A stretch of DNA of 64,000 bases from Candidatus Marinacidobacterales bacterium. GTDB taxonomy: Bacteria > Acidobacteriota > Vicinamibacteria > Marinacidobacterales > DATDRI01. The stretch spans positions 1,536,001 to 1,600,000 of the forward strand of contig OZ245365.1 in the NCBI GenBank assembly GCA_965226495.1, written 5' to 3'. Shown piece after piece: positions 1 through 11,213 of the stretch. The translations under genes and the position numbers were made by a program. Position 1 is the stretch's first letter, and each line of letters starts with the position of its first letter. The notes under the pieces were generated by a model. The model saw only the letters and a list, made by a program, of their open reading frames with translations. It did no database searches and was not told the origin of the DNA.

Positions 1-1
1 T

Positions 2-286
2 GCCGAGCCGGGTCAGCAAGGCTGCGTGCAATCCATCTCCGGGCCCGAGGCTCTTCACATCGTTAGTCAGCATATTGTGTAGGAACTTCACTCGATCGGT
101 TCCGGTGACACGCAGCTGCGCACGATACGAGCGGTCCCCGACGACGACGGCCTCGCACGCCGCACGATACTCCTGGTCGATACCCGAGAACTCCTCCGCA
201 ACCTCGTTTCCTCGGTGGTCGGCAAATCGTGCGCCGGCGGCAGCGAGAGCATCCCGCATCGGCGATGGTTTGGACTTGATTGGCAA
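2..286 (-). CDS. GcvT/YgfZ-like aminomethyltransferase (folate-binding) family protein, N-terminal part, runs off window start
   Basis: Manual translation: LPIKSKPSPMRDALAAAGARFADHRGNEVAEEFSGIDQEYRAACEAVVVGDRSYRAQLRVTGTDRVKFLHNMLTNDVKSLGPGDGLHAALLTRLG. The G.DR..FL..MLTND...L..G....A.LL..G pattern is typical. TTG start with GAGG RBS; not in ORF track. Confidence 0.8.
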   Translation of the reverse strand, partial: MPIKSKPSPMRDALAAAGARFADHRGNEVAEEFSGIDQEYRAACEAVVVGDRSYRAQLRVTGTDRVKFLHNMLTNDVKSLGPGDGLHAALLTRLG

Positions 287-326
287 TAGTATCCTCTGTT
301 TGTGTGAACTATTATAATGGTCTCGG

Positions 327-692
327 ATGGAGACTGCCATGTCTCGCAAAGTACTGGCCGCGGTTAACAATCTGTTTTTCGTGGGAAAGCTGCAGTCTGC
401 GGCCAAACAGGCGTCCGTCGAGTTGACGTTCGCCTCGTCGGAGGACGACCTGCTGGAGAAAGCGCGAGAGGGTGCGGAATTGGTTGTGCTCGACCTCGGA
501 GATCAGGAAATGGACGCGGTGGAAGCGATCAAGAAGCTACGATCGGCCCCGGAGACATCCAACCTCCGGATGCTGGCTTTCGTACGGCACACTGACCCGG
601 ACCGCGCGGAGCAGGCCCGTCAAGCGGGGTGTGAGAGGGTCATGGCTCGCTCGGAGTTCAGCGCTCAGCTGGTCGATCTCCTGCGCGGCTAG
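327..692 (+). CDS. Single-domain response regulator receiver (CheY-like, atypical)
   Basis: ELVVLDL (phosphoacceptor Asp), 'EAIKKLRSAPETSNLRMLAF', 'AEQARQAGC'. Confidence 0.7.
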   Translation: METAMSRKVLAAVNNLFFVGKLQSAAKQASVELTFASSEDDLLEKAREGAELVVLDLGDQEMDAVEAIKKLRSAPETSNLRMLAFVRHTDPDRAEQARQAGCERVMARSEFSAQLVDLLRG

Positions 693-818
693 TGGCGCGT
701 CTCCTGCCTGGCGCCCAAATAGGCTGCGGCCACTAGCGGACCTAGCCAGGCGGCCGTGTTATACTCTCCTCTTTTTGCGGGACGGCTTCGATGGAATGGG
801 TGGAGTAGGAGCTCGTAG

Positions 819-2087
819 ATGGAATTTCCTATTGATTACGTACGCGGATGTTTTCCGGCCGTTGCCAGCTCAGACTTCGTTTTTTTTGACAACGCCGCCG
901 GTGCCCAAGTACCGCAGACCGTCGTCGATGCGGTGGCCGGTCATCTTACCAGCCACAATGTGCAACGCGGTGGCCGCTATCGCTTCTCCGAAGAAGTGGA
1001 CGAGGGCGTGCGCCAGGCGCGTGAGAGTGTCGCCGCATTCCTGAACGCCTATGAAACCGACGAAGTAGTTTTTGGCCTCAACGCGACAGGATTCATTCGA
1101 CTCGTCAGCCTCGCCCTTGGGGAGCTGCTGAAACCCGGCGACGAGATCGTCGTCACCGAACTCGATCACGAAGCGAACATTGCTCCCTGGTTAGGATTGC
1201 AAGAATCGCGAGGCATCAAGATCAAGTATTGGCCGGTGGAGGCGGATACGCGCTTGGATATCGAGAAGCTCGAGGCCCTCCTGACCGATCGCACACGCGT
1301 GGTTGCGGTCACCAAGGCGTCGAACGCCACCGGCTCCATCGTTGAGCTCATCCCGATCGCGGAGCGGATCCATGCCCTCAAAGGCTACCTTTTTGTAGAC
1401 GCCGTTCAGTTTGCACCACACGGTCCACTCGATGTGCGTTTCTTTGGTTGTGATTTTCTAGTGTGCTCCGGCTACAAGATCTTTGGTCCCCACATGGGCT
1501 TTCTTTGGGGCCGGCAAGAGCTTTTGGACTCGCTTCCCACCTTTCGCGAGTACTTCGTTGCGGACAAGGCTCCCGACAAGTTTGAAGTCGGGACCTTTAG
1601 CTATGAAGCCGTTGCCGGCATGAATGCCGCCATTAGCTACGTTGAAGAACTGGGTCGGCGTTCCAAAGACATGCCTCTGGCTCCCGCCGATGACGTGGGT
1701 AGGCGCGGGGATCTCCGGCGGGGCATGCAGGCCATCCGTCACTACGAGCGCACGCTTACCGCGCGCCTTCTAACGAAAGTCGCTGAAGTTCCCGGGTTGA
1801 CCGTCCACGGAATCGAAGGACCGAATCACGACGCGCTACGAACCCCGACACTCTGCTTCAGCGTGAAAGGAGTGGCCCCCGCTGACGTGTCTCGCCAACT
1901 CGCCCAGCAAGGGATCTCGGTCCGCGATGGGCATTTGTACTGCCCGCGCCTTATGAGGGCGCTGCGTCTTTCCGAAGAGGAGGGTGCGGTTCGCGCCTCA
2001 CTCGTCCATTACAACACGCTCGAAGAAGTGAAAGTCTTTACCGAAGCGCTCGAGAAAGTCGCCACAACCGCGAAAGTATCCAAGTAA
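819..2087 (+). CDS. Cysteine desulfurase-like aminotransferase class V
   Basis: FFDNAAGAQVP, LDHEANIAPW, FVDAVQFAPH, CSGYKIFGPH (PLP Lys), GAVRASLVHYNT. Confidence 0.88.
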   Translation: MEFPIDYVRGCFPAVASSDFVFFDNAAGAQVPQTVVDAVAGHLTSHNVQRGGRYRFSEEVDEGVRQARESVAAFLNAYETDEVVFGLNATGFIRLVSLALGELLKPGDEIVVTELDHEANIAPWLGLQESRGIKIKYWPVEADTRLDIEKLEALLTDRTRVVAVTKASNATGSIVELIPIAERIHALKGYLFVDAVQFAPHGPLDVRFFGCDFLVCSGYKIFGPHMGFLWGRQELLDSLPTFREYFVADKAPDKFEVGTFSYEAVAGMNAAISYVEELGRRSKDMPLAPADDVGRRGDLRRGMQAIRHYERTLTARLLTKVAEVPGLTVHGIEGPNHDALRTPTLCFSVKGVAPADVSRQLAQQGISVRDGHLYCPRLMRALRLSEEEGAVRASLVHYNTLEEVKVFTEALEKVATTAKVSK

Positions 2088-2139
2088 AGAATCCCGAGAG
2101 CGGGCCTACCGCACGCCTGAAGAAAGTCGACTAGGACTC

Positions 2140-2514
2140 TTGAAGCTAATTGGTGACCCGTTATTCCCGGTTTTGGTCGTCAAGAAGCTTAAGCGAGCCG
2201 GCCACGACGCGGTGCACGCCGTCGAGATCGGCGCGGGAGATCTCCCTCTGACCGAGATATTGAAGCTGGCCCTTTTGGAGAATCGCGTCGTCCTTACGAA
2301 AAATCAACGGTTGGCTCGATTGGTGGAGTCCAAGCCGGGTTCGTGGCCGTCGGTTGTCCTTTTGAAGCTCAAAGGGGGAAGCTCGGACTCAATGAGCCGC
2401 CTTCTAACCAAATTGCTCGCCCTCTTCGATGACGATCTTGCTAGTGGAGCGGTTGTGGTCGTGAACGAGGGCCAGACCTTACTGAAAAAGTTTATGCCCC
2501 GCTCCGAGGCCTGA
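2140..2514 (+). CDS. DUF5615/Mut7-C-like PIN-fold protein (degenerate)
   Basis: MKLIGD...L..AGHDAVH...I...A..ENRVVLT pattern and size match DUF5615 PIN-like proteins. Confidence 0.6.
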   Translation: MKLIGDPLFPVLVVKKLKRAGHDAVHAVEIGAGDLPLTEILKLALLENRVVLTKNQRLARLVESKPGSWPSVVLLKLKGGSSDSMSRLLTKLLALFDDDLASGAVVVVNEGQTLLKKFMPRSEA

Positions 2515-2615
2515 CTAGGCTCAACCTCGAGATCATTTCGCGCGATTTCGGGTCTTCCTTTTCACTTTCACTCCGTTGCCGTCAGGCGATCGTGCCCGCT
2601 CTGGGCAACCACCGT

Positions 2616-2650
2616 CCTCTCCCGGAGGGAGAGGGGGCTCGGGGCGGGGG
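2616..2650. repeat. REP-like palindrome family 2 (CCTCTCCC-GGA-GGGAGAGG)
   Basis: Perfect 8-bp stem; related copies at about 5326-5347 and 13315-13346. Confidence 0.55.
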
Positions 2651-2717
2651 CGCTATATAATGCCGCGAGCGTCTCTTGCGTCTTGCCCTTCCGGGGAGAA
2701 AGGAACAAGCATCGAGC

Positions 2718-3974
2718 ATGTCGAGTCAACCGTTCTACCTTCGCGAGGGCAAACTCCATTGCGAGGACTGCTCGTTGGAGCGGATCCCATCGTCGGTGAC
2801 CACGCCCTTTTATGTTTACAGCACCCGCGAAGTGGTCGAGAGGTTTCGACGCCTCGATAGGGCCTTCGCCGCTCACCCTCATCTCCTTTGCTACGCTCTG
2901 AAGGCGAACTCTCAACCAGCCTTGCTTCGATTGCTGGTCGCCGAAGGGGCAGGGGCTGAAGTCGTATCCGGCGCGGAGCTTGCGCTTGCTCTCAAGGTGG
3001 GGTTCCCCGCCGAGCGGATCGTGTTCTCTGGCGTCGGCAAGGCGGAATGGGAGCTTCAGGCCGGGCTCCAAGCTGACATCCTACTTTTTCACGCCGAGTC
3101 CGAAGGTGAGGTGATTCTTCTCGATCGTTTGGCGCATCAGGCCGAGCGCCGCGCGCGGGTGAGCATTCGCATAAATCCCGACATCGATGCTGGTACGCAT
3201 CCCCACATCGCGACCGGCGTCCAAACCGCCAAATTCGGGCTGGATTTGGATACGGCGATGGCGCTCTATGGCCGACATGAGGAGTTTCCAAACCTCGAAT
3301 TTTGCGGGATCCACACCCACATCGGGTCGCAAATTACCTCCTTGCATCCTTTGGGTGAAGCCGCGCGGACATTGGCGAAGGCGATCGGCGAGCTGAAGAC
3401 CCAAGGGGTCACGATTACACAGGTCGACATCGGGGGAGGGCTCGGAATCGCCTATGGCGAGGAGCCCGCACCCGAGTTCAGCGCGTATGCGCACGAAGTG
3501 CTTCCCTGGCTCACCGGCACCGGGGCTCGCGTGATCGTCGAGCCGGGACGTGCTCTCCTGGGTCCGGCGGGCGCGTTCGTTGTCAAGGTCCTCTACGTGA
3601 AGCGGGTTCATGACCGAAGTTTTGTCGTGGTCGACGCGGGCATGAACGATCTGCTGCGGCCGGCACTCTACGATGCTTATCACCGCATTGTGCCAATCGA
3701 ACCGCGCGAGGGTGCGCGAGAAACGGTCGATATCGTTGGGGCGGTCTGCGAGACCTCGGACACGTTTGGGCGCGATCGGCTACTGGTCGATCCTCGCCCC
3801 GGCGATCTACTGGCGGTCTTGGACGCCGGCGCCTACGGCTACGCAATGAGCTCCAATTACAATTTGCGCCCGCGTCCGGCGGAAGTGTTGGTCGACGGTG
3901 GCGAGTTCCGCATCGTTCGCGATGCCGAGAGCACGGAGGATCTTCTGGCGCGTGAGCTCGGGGAAGAGTCGTGA
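2718..3974 (+). CDS. lysA: Diaminopimelate decarboxylase
   Basis: CYALKAN (PLP Lys), HIATG..TAKFG, HTHIGSQI, EPGRAL, GAVCETSD, GAYGYAMSSNYN. Confidence 0.95.
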   Translation: MSSQPFYLREGKLHCEDCSLERIPSSVTTPFYVYSTREVVERFRRLDRAFAAHPHLLCYALKANSQPALLRLLVAEGAGAEVVSGAELALALKVGFPAERIVFSGVGKAEWELQAGLQADILLFHAESEGEVILLDRLAHQAERRARVSIRINPDIDAGTHPHIATGVQTAKFGLDLDTAMALYGRHEEFPNLEFCGIHTHIGSQITSLHPLGEAARTLAKAIGELKTQGVTITQVDIGGGLGIAYGEEPAPEFSAYAHEVLPWLTGTGARVIVEPGRALLGPAGAFVVKVLYVKRVHDRSFVVVDAGMNDLLRPALYDAYHRIVPIEPREGARETVDIVGAVCETSDTFGRDRLLVDPRPGDLLAVLDAGAYGYAMSSNYNLRPRPAEVLVDGGEFRIVRDAESTEDLLARELGEES

Positions 3975-4477
3975 GCAACACCCGATGGGCGGCGCTAGCT
4001 CTCGTCGTGATGGCGGTGGTTGTCTCGGTGTCTCGGTTTCTCACTGGAGAGCCTTCGATGGATGTGGTTCTCCGAGTGGTAATCCAGATTCTGGTTTTTT
4101 GGCCGATCAAGGGGGCCCTGATTCGATTCCTCGGCGGAGCTCGCCCCTACCGGAGCGCTCTGGCAGCCAACTCGTCCTCGGAGCTCATCGGATTGGGATT
4201 TCCGCTTGCCGCGTTGGGTGGACTATGGCCGGCTCTCATCGCGAGCTTCTTCTTGTCTAGCGGCATCGAGGGGCTGACTTTCAACGCTGTCGGCACGGCC
4301 AACCCGAAAACCAGCGTCAGCATGGCCGTCTACGTCAACTTCTTCGTCCACCTGTTGATGGCGGGTATAACTCTATGGGATCCGCGACCGCTGGTGGGGG
4401 GCACGGTCATCTTCCTAGCGTTCATAGTTTTTATTCTTCCCATATTCTTGGTTTCGCGTCCCGTGCCTGCGTCTTGA
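3971..4477 (+). CDS. Hypothetical integral membrane protein
   Basis: About 5 hydrophobic segments; GTGA overlap with the lysA stop. Confidence 0.65.
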   Translation: MSNTRWAALALVVMAVVVSVSRFLTGEPSMDVVLRVVIQILVFWPIKGALIRFLGGARPYRSALAANSSSELIGLGFPLAALGGLWPALIASFFLSSGIEGLTFNAVGTANPKTSVSMAVYVNFFVHLLMAGITLWDPRPLVGGTVIFLAFIVFILPIFLVSRPVPAS

Positions 4478-4523
4478 AGTGGAAAGTTATACTGACGGAG
4501 TGACAAGTTTTCCGGGGGGCTAG

Positions 4524-5303
4524 ATGAATCGCAGAGAGTTTCTGAAGAATTCGACTGCTGTCGGTGGGATGCTCGCGACGCCGCCGCTTTGGCTCTGTTC
4601 GCGTGGCGAGGCGAAGCAACGTTCTTATCGACCCGGCGACGAGGTCGACTCTAGCGTCTCTTTTCTGGATCCCGAGGGGCGGGCGGTTACCTTGGCCGAC
4701 CAAATAGACGGATCCACCAAGGTCCTGTATCTCATCATCTTTGGAGGCGCCTACGCGAAGAAGAAGCCGGACAAACGTGGCCGCCTCTGGTGTGGGGACA
4801 GCTCGGACGATATGGCGGTACATCGAACCGTGTATTTTAACTATGCCGGCGAGGGGGTGACGTTCGTTCCTGTCGCCACGCCTCCCGTTTACAGCACCGG
4901 TTATGGTTTCAAGGAGGATGTCTTCTTAGTCGAGCCGGAGAACTCCGCAGCTTATCAGAGTGCGCTTGCGGAGTTCATCGAAAAGACGGAGGCGTTGAAG
5001 CAAGACGGGACTCTTCCTTTTGACGCGGTCTTCTACGATCCGCGCTTTCGCTTGCTCGACAATCCCAGTGAGCACGAGCATGTCCCGGCGTACGGAACGA
5101 TCCATCCCTGGCAGGGGCATTTCAAGTGGTTCGAGGACGAACAGCGATACGGCACTCCCACGATTTGGCTCCTGGACGCCAAGTTACGAGTTATTCGTAC
5201 GCCCTTTTGGGGAAACGTTTACGAGGGGGTGCCGGTTCAGATCAATTACACCGTGCACGATGTCATTCGGGCACTCGATGAAGCTCTCGAGGCAGCCGAT
5301 TAA
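4524..5303 (+). CDS. Tat-exported thioredoxin/peroxiredoxin-like fold protein (CxxS)
   Basis: MNRREFLK twin-arginine signal; 'PGDEV...FLDPEGRAVTLAD', 'WCGDS' and 'GTPTIWLLD' resemble the AhpC/TlpA layout. Confidence 0.6.
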   Translation: MNRREFLKNSTAVGGMLATPPLWLCSRGEAKQRSYRPGDEVDSSVSFLDPEGRAVTLADQIDGSTKVLYLIIFGGAYAKKKPDKRGRLWCGDSSDDMAVHRTVYFNYAGEGVTFVPVATPPVYSTGYGFKEDVFLVEPENSAAYQSALAEFIEKTEALKQDGTLPFDAVFYDPRFRLLDNPSEHEHVPAYGTIHPWQGHFKWFEDEQRYGTPTIWLLDAKLRVIRTPFWGNVYEGVPVQINYTVHDVIRALDEALEAAD

Positions 5304-5434
5304 GATGGTCTCTTCGTCCATTAATCCCTCTCCCTTTGTAGGGGAGACTGTGGCCGTCAAAATACATTGTGCCATTTCGGCCGCCAACATATGGGAGTGC
5401 CGATACCAAATGTGGCAAGACGGCGGTGAGGGCG

Positions 5435-6646
5435 CTAGAGCCGTCTCACCCGAGCGTTTTCTTTGAGGATGCGCCCGACTTCCGCCAGAACCGTTTCGAT
5501 CTCCTCTTCTGTCACCACGCCGTCGGCTCGCGCCTCGCTGTAGACCCACATCAACTTAAAGAATTCCGGGACGCTCAGTTGGTTCTCCTCATTGAATTCG
5601 AGAAGGGCGTCGAACTCGTCGGTGATTCGGGCCCTCAGAGCGCCTTGCCCCGCCGCCTCCCGTAGTGTCTCCTTCATTTCGAGTATCGGTTGGTGTCTAA
5701 CTTGAGGGGCGTAGAGGAGTGAAAAGGAAAACAGGCCGAGCACGACGGTGGCTCCTCCCACCACCGCGCAACCCACGGTGAACCATCCGAGGCTGCGGCG
5801 TTCGATGGGTGGCTCTGCGCGGAGCGGCTCGAGCGACGGACGTGACAGGGCGGGTGGCGTCGCCGGTGTCTCGGCCGCGTCTGTTTCCGTGGCGCGTCTC
5901 ACATAGTGGGTGAGAGTGAGAGTGAAGATGAGAGCGGCGGGGATCAAGATGCCCGGAGGAATCCATACCGGTTGGCCGAGGCTCTCCAGTCCCGCCATGT
6001 TGAGAAGCATGATCGCCGCCGCGTTATTTGCCACGTGGATGAGAATTGGTATCAAGATGCTCTCGGTCGCGATGGCGGTGATACCCAAAACCAAGCCCGC
6101 CAAGGTGTAGCTGGCTAGCCCTTGGGGTATGAAGTGCATCACTGCGAATAGAAAAGAGGTGAGCAGAATAGCTCCGACACGGCCCAGCGAGCTCCGTTCG
6201 AGACTCTTTTGAATGAAACCACGGAAAAGGACCTCCTCTGCTACAGCTGCGCCGATCGCCAATCCCAAGATTCTGACGATCCATTCGTACGCGGTCTCTG
6301 CTTTGAGGAGGCCGACGATGCCTTCCCTGAACTCCTCAGGAATGGGGAAGACCAGGCTGGTGAGGTTGGAAACCTGATCGTTGAGTACGGCGAGGGACAC
6401 TGCCAGGGGTATGGCGAGAAGAAGATCCGTCGTGGACGGGAGTCGTAGTCGCAGGGTTGTCCTCACGTCCGCTCCAAGAATACGGACTGCCAGGACGGTG
6501 GGGATCAGAATCGCCAAGAGCTCGCCAAGGAGAATTCCTAGGTTCGGTACGGTGACCAGCAGAATGCCATTGATGACGGTGTTCAGGACAAGGACGGTCA
6601 GGAATAGAAGGAGCGCCCAGCCAGGAGTCGGAACTTTCGGTTTCAT
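5435..6646 (-). CDS. CPBP (CAAX/Abi) intramembrane metalloprotease with C-terminal extension
   Basis: AEEVLFRGFIQ, FAVMH, IHVANN motifs; start placed at MKPKVP (6646). Confidence 0.85.
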   Translation of the reverse strand: MKPKVPTPGWALLLFLTVLVLNTVINGILLVTVPNLGILLGELLAILIPTVLAVRILGADVRTTLRLRLPSTTDLLLAIPLAVSLAVLNDQVSNLTSLVFPIPEEFREGIVGLLKAETAYEWIVRILGLAIGAAVAEEVLFRGFIQKSLERSSLGRVGAILLTSFLFAVMHFIPQGLASYTLAGLVLGITAIATESILIPILIHVANNAAAIMLLNMAGLESLGQPVWIPPGILIPAALIFTLTLTHYVRRATETDAAETPATPPALSRPSLEPLRAEPPIERRSLGWFTVGCAVVGGATVVLGLFSFSLLYAPQVRHQPILEMKETLREAAGQGALRARITDEFDALLEFNEENQLSVPEFFKLMWVYSEARADGVVTEEEIETVLAEVGRILKENARVRRL

Positions 6647-6901
6647 ATAATGTACTGCCAGTCGTTGCCCGGCGGGCGACCATGGGGCTCCTGCCGCAAG
6701 GCGATTTGGGGTGCGATCGTATCCGGAATCGGTCGGAAAACCTAACGATGAGCAAGATCTGCGCCGGTGCGAAGTCTTTTGTTCGAGACGACCTCCAGCA
6801 AAATAAGTGTTGTTCGGGCTCGCTACCTGGGATAGCATTTTGCTTCCGCCGATTGTTTGCGCCCGCTTTGGTGGTGCAATAACCCAAGGAGGTTCGTTCT
6901 T

Positions 6902-7915
6902 ATGGCCTCTCCCGAGAAGCTCCGGGTCGTGCAATACGGGGTCGGTCCCATCGGCCTCGCTGCCATCCGCGCAATTCTTGCCCGCTCAGATCTGGAACTG
7001 GTCGGAGCCATCGATATCGATCCCGACAAGCAGCAGCGCGATGTGGCCGATCTCGCTGGGCTCAAACAGCCCAGTGGCATCCGTGTGTCCGATCGACCCG
7101 AGGAGGTGCTCGGCACCAAGCAGCCCGATGTCGTTCTGCACTCAACACAGTCCCATCTCAATGAAGTGCTGCCCCAGTTGCGAATCTGTCTGGAAGCCAA
7201 GGCCAGTGTGGTGAGCACGTGCGAAGAGCTACTCTTACCTTCGGTACGACACCCGAGAATAGCGAGAGAGCTTGACGCTTTGGCGCGCTCGAAAGAAGTG
7301 GTTGTCTTGGGAACGGGCGTGAACCCGGGCTTCGTGATGGATACGATGGCGCTGGTTTCGACCTCCCCCTGCCTGGAAGTTCGATCGATTCTGGTGGAGA
7401 GAGTCGTCGACGCGGCGACGCGACGTCAGCCGCTCCAAAGAAAGGTAGGCGCTGGCATGACCCCGGCGGAGTTCCGGCGCGGTGCCAAGAAAGGTCAGTT
7501 GGGACACGTCGGCCTGTTGGAGTCCTTGCATCTTGTGGCGCAGGGGCTTGGTTGGGCTCTCGAGGGTGTGAGCGAGAAACTCACTCCGGTGCTGGCCAAG
7601 AAATCGGTGCGAACCCCGTACCTGACCGTAAAAGCCGGACAGGTTGCTGGGATTCATCACGTTTGCCGTGGGCTTCGGAACGGTAAGGAAGCTCTCAAGC
7701 TCGAACTACAAATGTTTGTCGGCGCGAAGAAGCCATTCGACAAGATCTCGATTCGCGGGAATCCTTCGCTCGACATTCTGGTCGAAGGCGGCGTCGCCGG
7801 AGATGAAGCCACGGTTGGGATGTTGCTCAACATGGCTCCTAGTGTCTTGGGTTTGCGGCCAGGTCTGCGAACCATGATCGATTCAACCCTTCCCAGGTTT
7901 CGCGCCGCACCCTGA
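6902..7915 (+). CDS. DapB-like / 2,4-diaminopentanoate dehydrogenase family NAD(P)-dependent oxidoreductase
   Basis: VVQYGVGPIG Rossmann motif, STCEEL, LGTGVNPGFVMD, LQRKVGAG, GGVAGDEAT. Confidence 0.82.
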   Translation: MASPEKLRVVQYGVGPIGLAAIRAILARSDLELVGAIDIDPDKQQRDVADLAGLKQPSGIRVSDRPEEVLGTKQPDVVLHSTQSHLNEVLPQLRICLEAKASVVSTCEELLLPSVRHPRIARELDALARSKEVVVLGTGVNPGFVMDTMALVSTSPCLEVRSILVERVVDAATRRQPLQRKVGAGMTPAEFRRGAKKGQLGHVGLLESLHLVAQGLGWALEGVSEKLTPVLAKKSVRTPYLTVKAGQVAGIHHVCRGLRNGKEALKLELQMFVGAKKPFDKISIRGNPSLDILVEGGVAGDEATVGMLLNMAPSVLGLRPGLRTMIDSTLPRFRAAP

Positions 7916-7996
7916 CAGACCGGCAGTGAATTTCGGGGACTGAATTCCATAAGATCCGTGGTTCGCGTGACCCTCTGCCCGCGGATATGATGAGCC

Positions 7997-8269
7997 ATGC
8001 GCTTGGTGGCGTTTGCCGGCCTAGGGATGCTCTTGGGCTACCTGTACTTCGCATGGGCACGTCAGGCTAGGGGATTTGTACAATTCCAAAGGACACCGCT
8101 CGCCCGGCGAGGCTTCGTCGCGATGGTCTTACGCCTCGCGGTGTTCGCGCTGGTGCTCGGCATTCTCCTTCATCGCTTCGGCCCCCTCGCGGGCGTCGCT
8201 GCGCTGGCGGGCGCGGCGGTCACCCGCGGCCTGATGGTTCGGGCTGAGCCCACGCTCCGGGGGCACTAA
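7997..8269 (+). CDS. Small membrane protein, AtpR/ATP synthase subunit I-like
   Basis: GMLLGYLYF...VLRLAVF...GAAVTR, three hydrophobic helices. Confidence 0.45.
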   Translation: MRLVAFAGLGMLLGYLYFAWARQARGFVQFQRTPLARRGFVAMVLRLAVFALVLGILLHRFGPLAGVAALAGAAVTRGLMVRAEPTLRGH

Positions 8270-8278
8270 GCCGTCCAG

Positions 8279-8770
8279 ATGGCGCGCTCCAAGGCTTCAG
8301 CGGGCAAGATCAAGTTCGAGGTCTCGGCGGGGGGAGTCATCTACCGGGAAGAGGCCTCCTCACTACAGGTGTGTCTGATCGCTACACAGGGTGGTACCCG
8401 GTGGCAGCTACCGAAAGGCCTACCCGGTGGCAGCTACCGAAAAAAGGGCGAGCCGGTGGTCGCCGCGGCGGCGCGAGAGGTCAGAGAGGAAACGGGTCTG
8501 GAAGGGGAAGTTGAAGGGGAACTCGAAAAGATCGAATACTGGTTTGTCTGGAAGGAAGCCGACGGGCGTTCCGTTCGCCATCACAAGCTGGTACATTTTT
8601 TTTTGATGCGCCACACGGGCGGCGACACGTCGCTGCACGATGAAGAAGTCGACGAGGCCCGCTGGTTCCCGATTTCCAAGGCTGTTAAGAAAGTGGCTTT
8701 CGCCAACGAGCGCAAGATCGTTGAGAAGGCGCGTCGCGTATTGACTGACAAGCCGGCGTCGAGAGAATAG
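8279..8770 (+). CDS. NUDIX hydrolase (Ap4A hydrolase-like)
   Basis: SAGGVI, WQLPKG, AREVREETG; Nudix box lengthened by an internal duplication. Confidence 0.85.
   Translation: MARSKASAGKIKFEVSAGGVIYREEASSLQVCLIATQGGTRWQLPKGLPGGSYRKKGEPVVAAAAREVREETGLEGEVEGELEKIEYWFVWKEADGRSVRHHKLVHFFLMRHTGGDTSLHDEEVDEARWFPISKAVKKVAFANERKIVEKARRVLTDKPASRE
8395..8442 (+). repeat. 22-bp direct repeat (period 26) inside NUDIX gene
   Basis: TACCCGGTGGCAGCTACCGAAA at 8395-8416 and 8421-8442. Confidence 0.9.
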
Positions 8771-8771
8771 G

Positions 8772-11070
<2,299 letters not shown>

Positions 11071-11213
11071 TGTCCTCTGACGCCCGTGGATCCGCGATGG
11101 TCTCTCCGTGTATGCTTATTTCAACAACGACACAGGTGCTTATACACTGAGAAATGCTCGCGATCTTGCGATGCGCCCGACGTTGAATAGAAAGCAATAA
11201 CAGAGACTTCCTT

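Noticed and set aside
6647-6934. 97-aa N-terminal extension of the CPBP protease in the ORF track
   Set aside because: It overlaps the divergent gene start and looks non-coding; the ATG at 6646 is more plausible.
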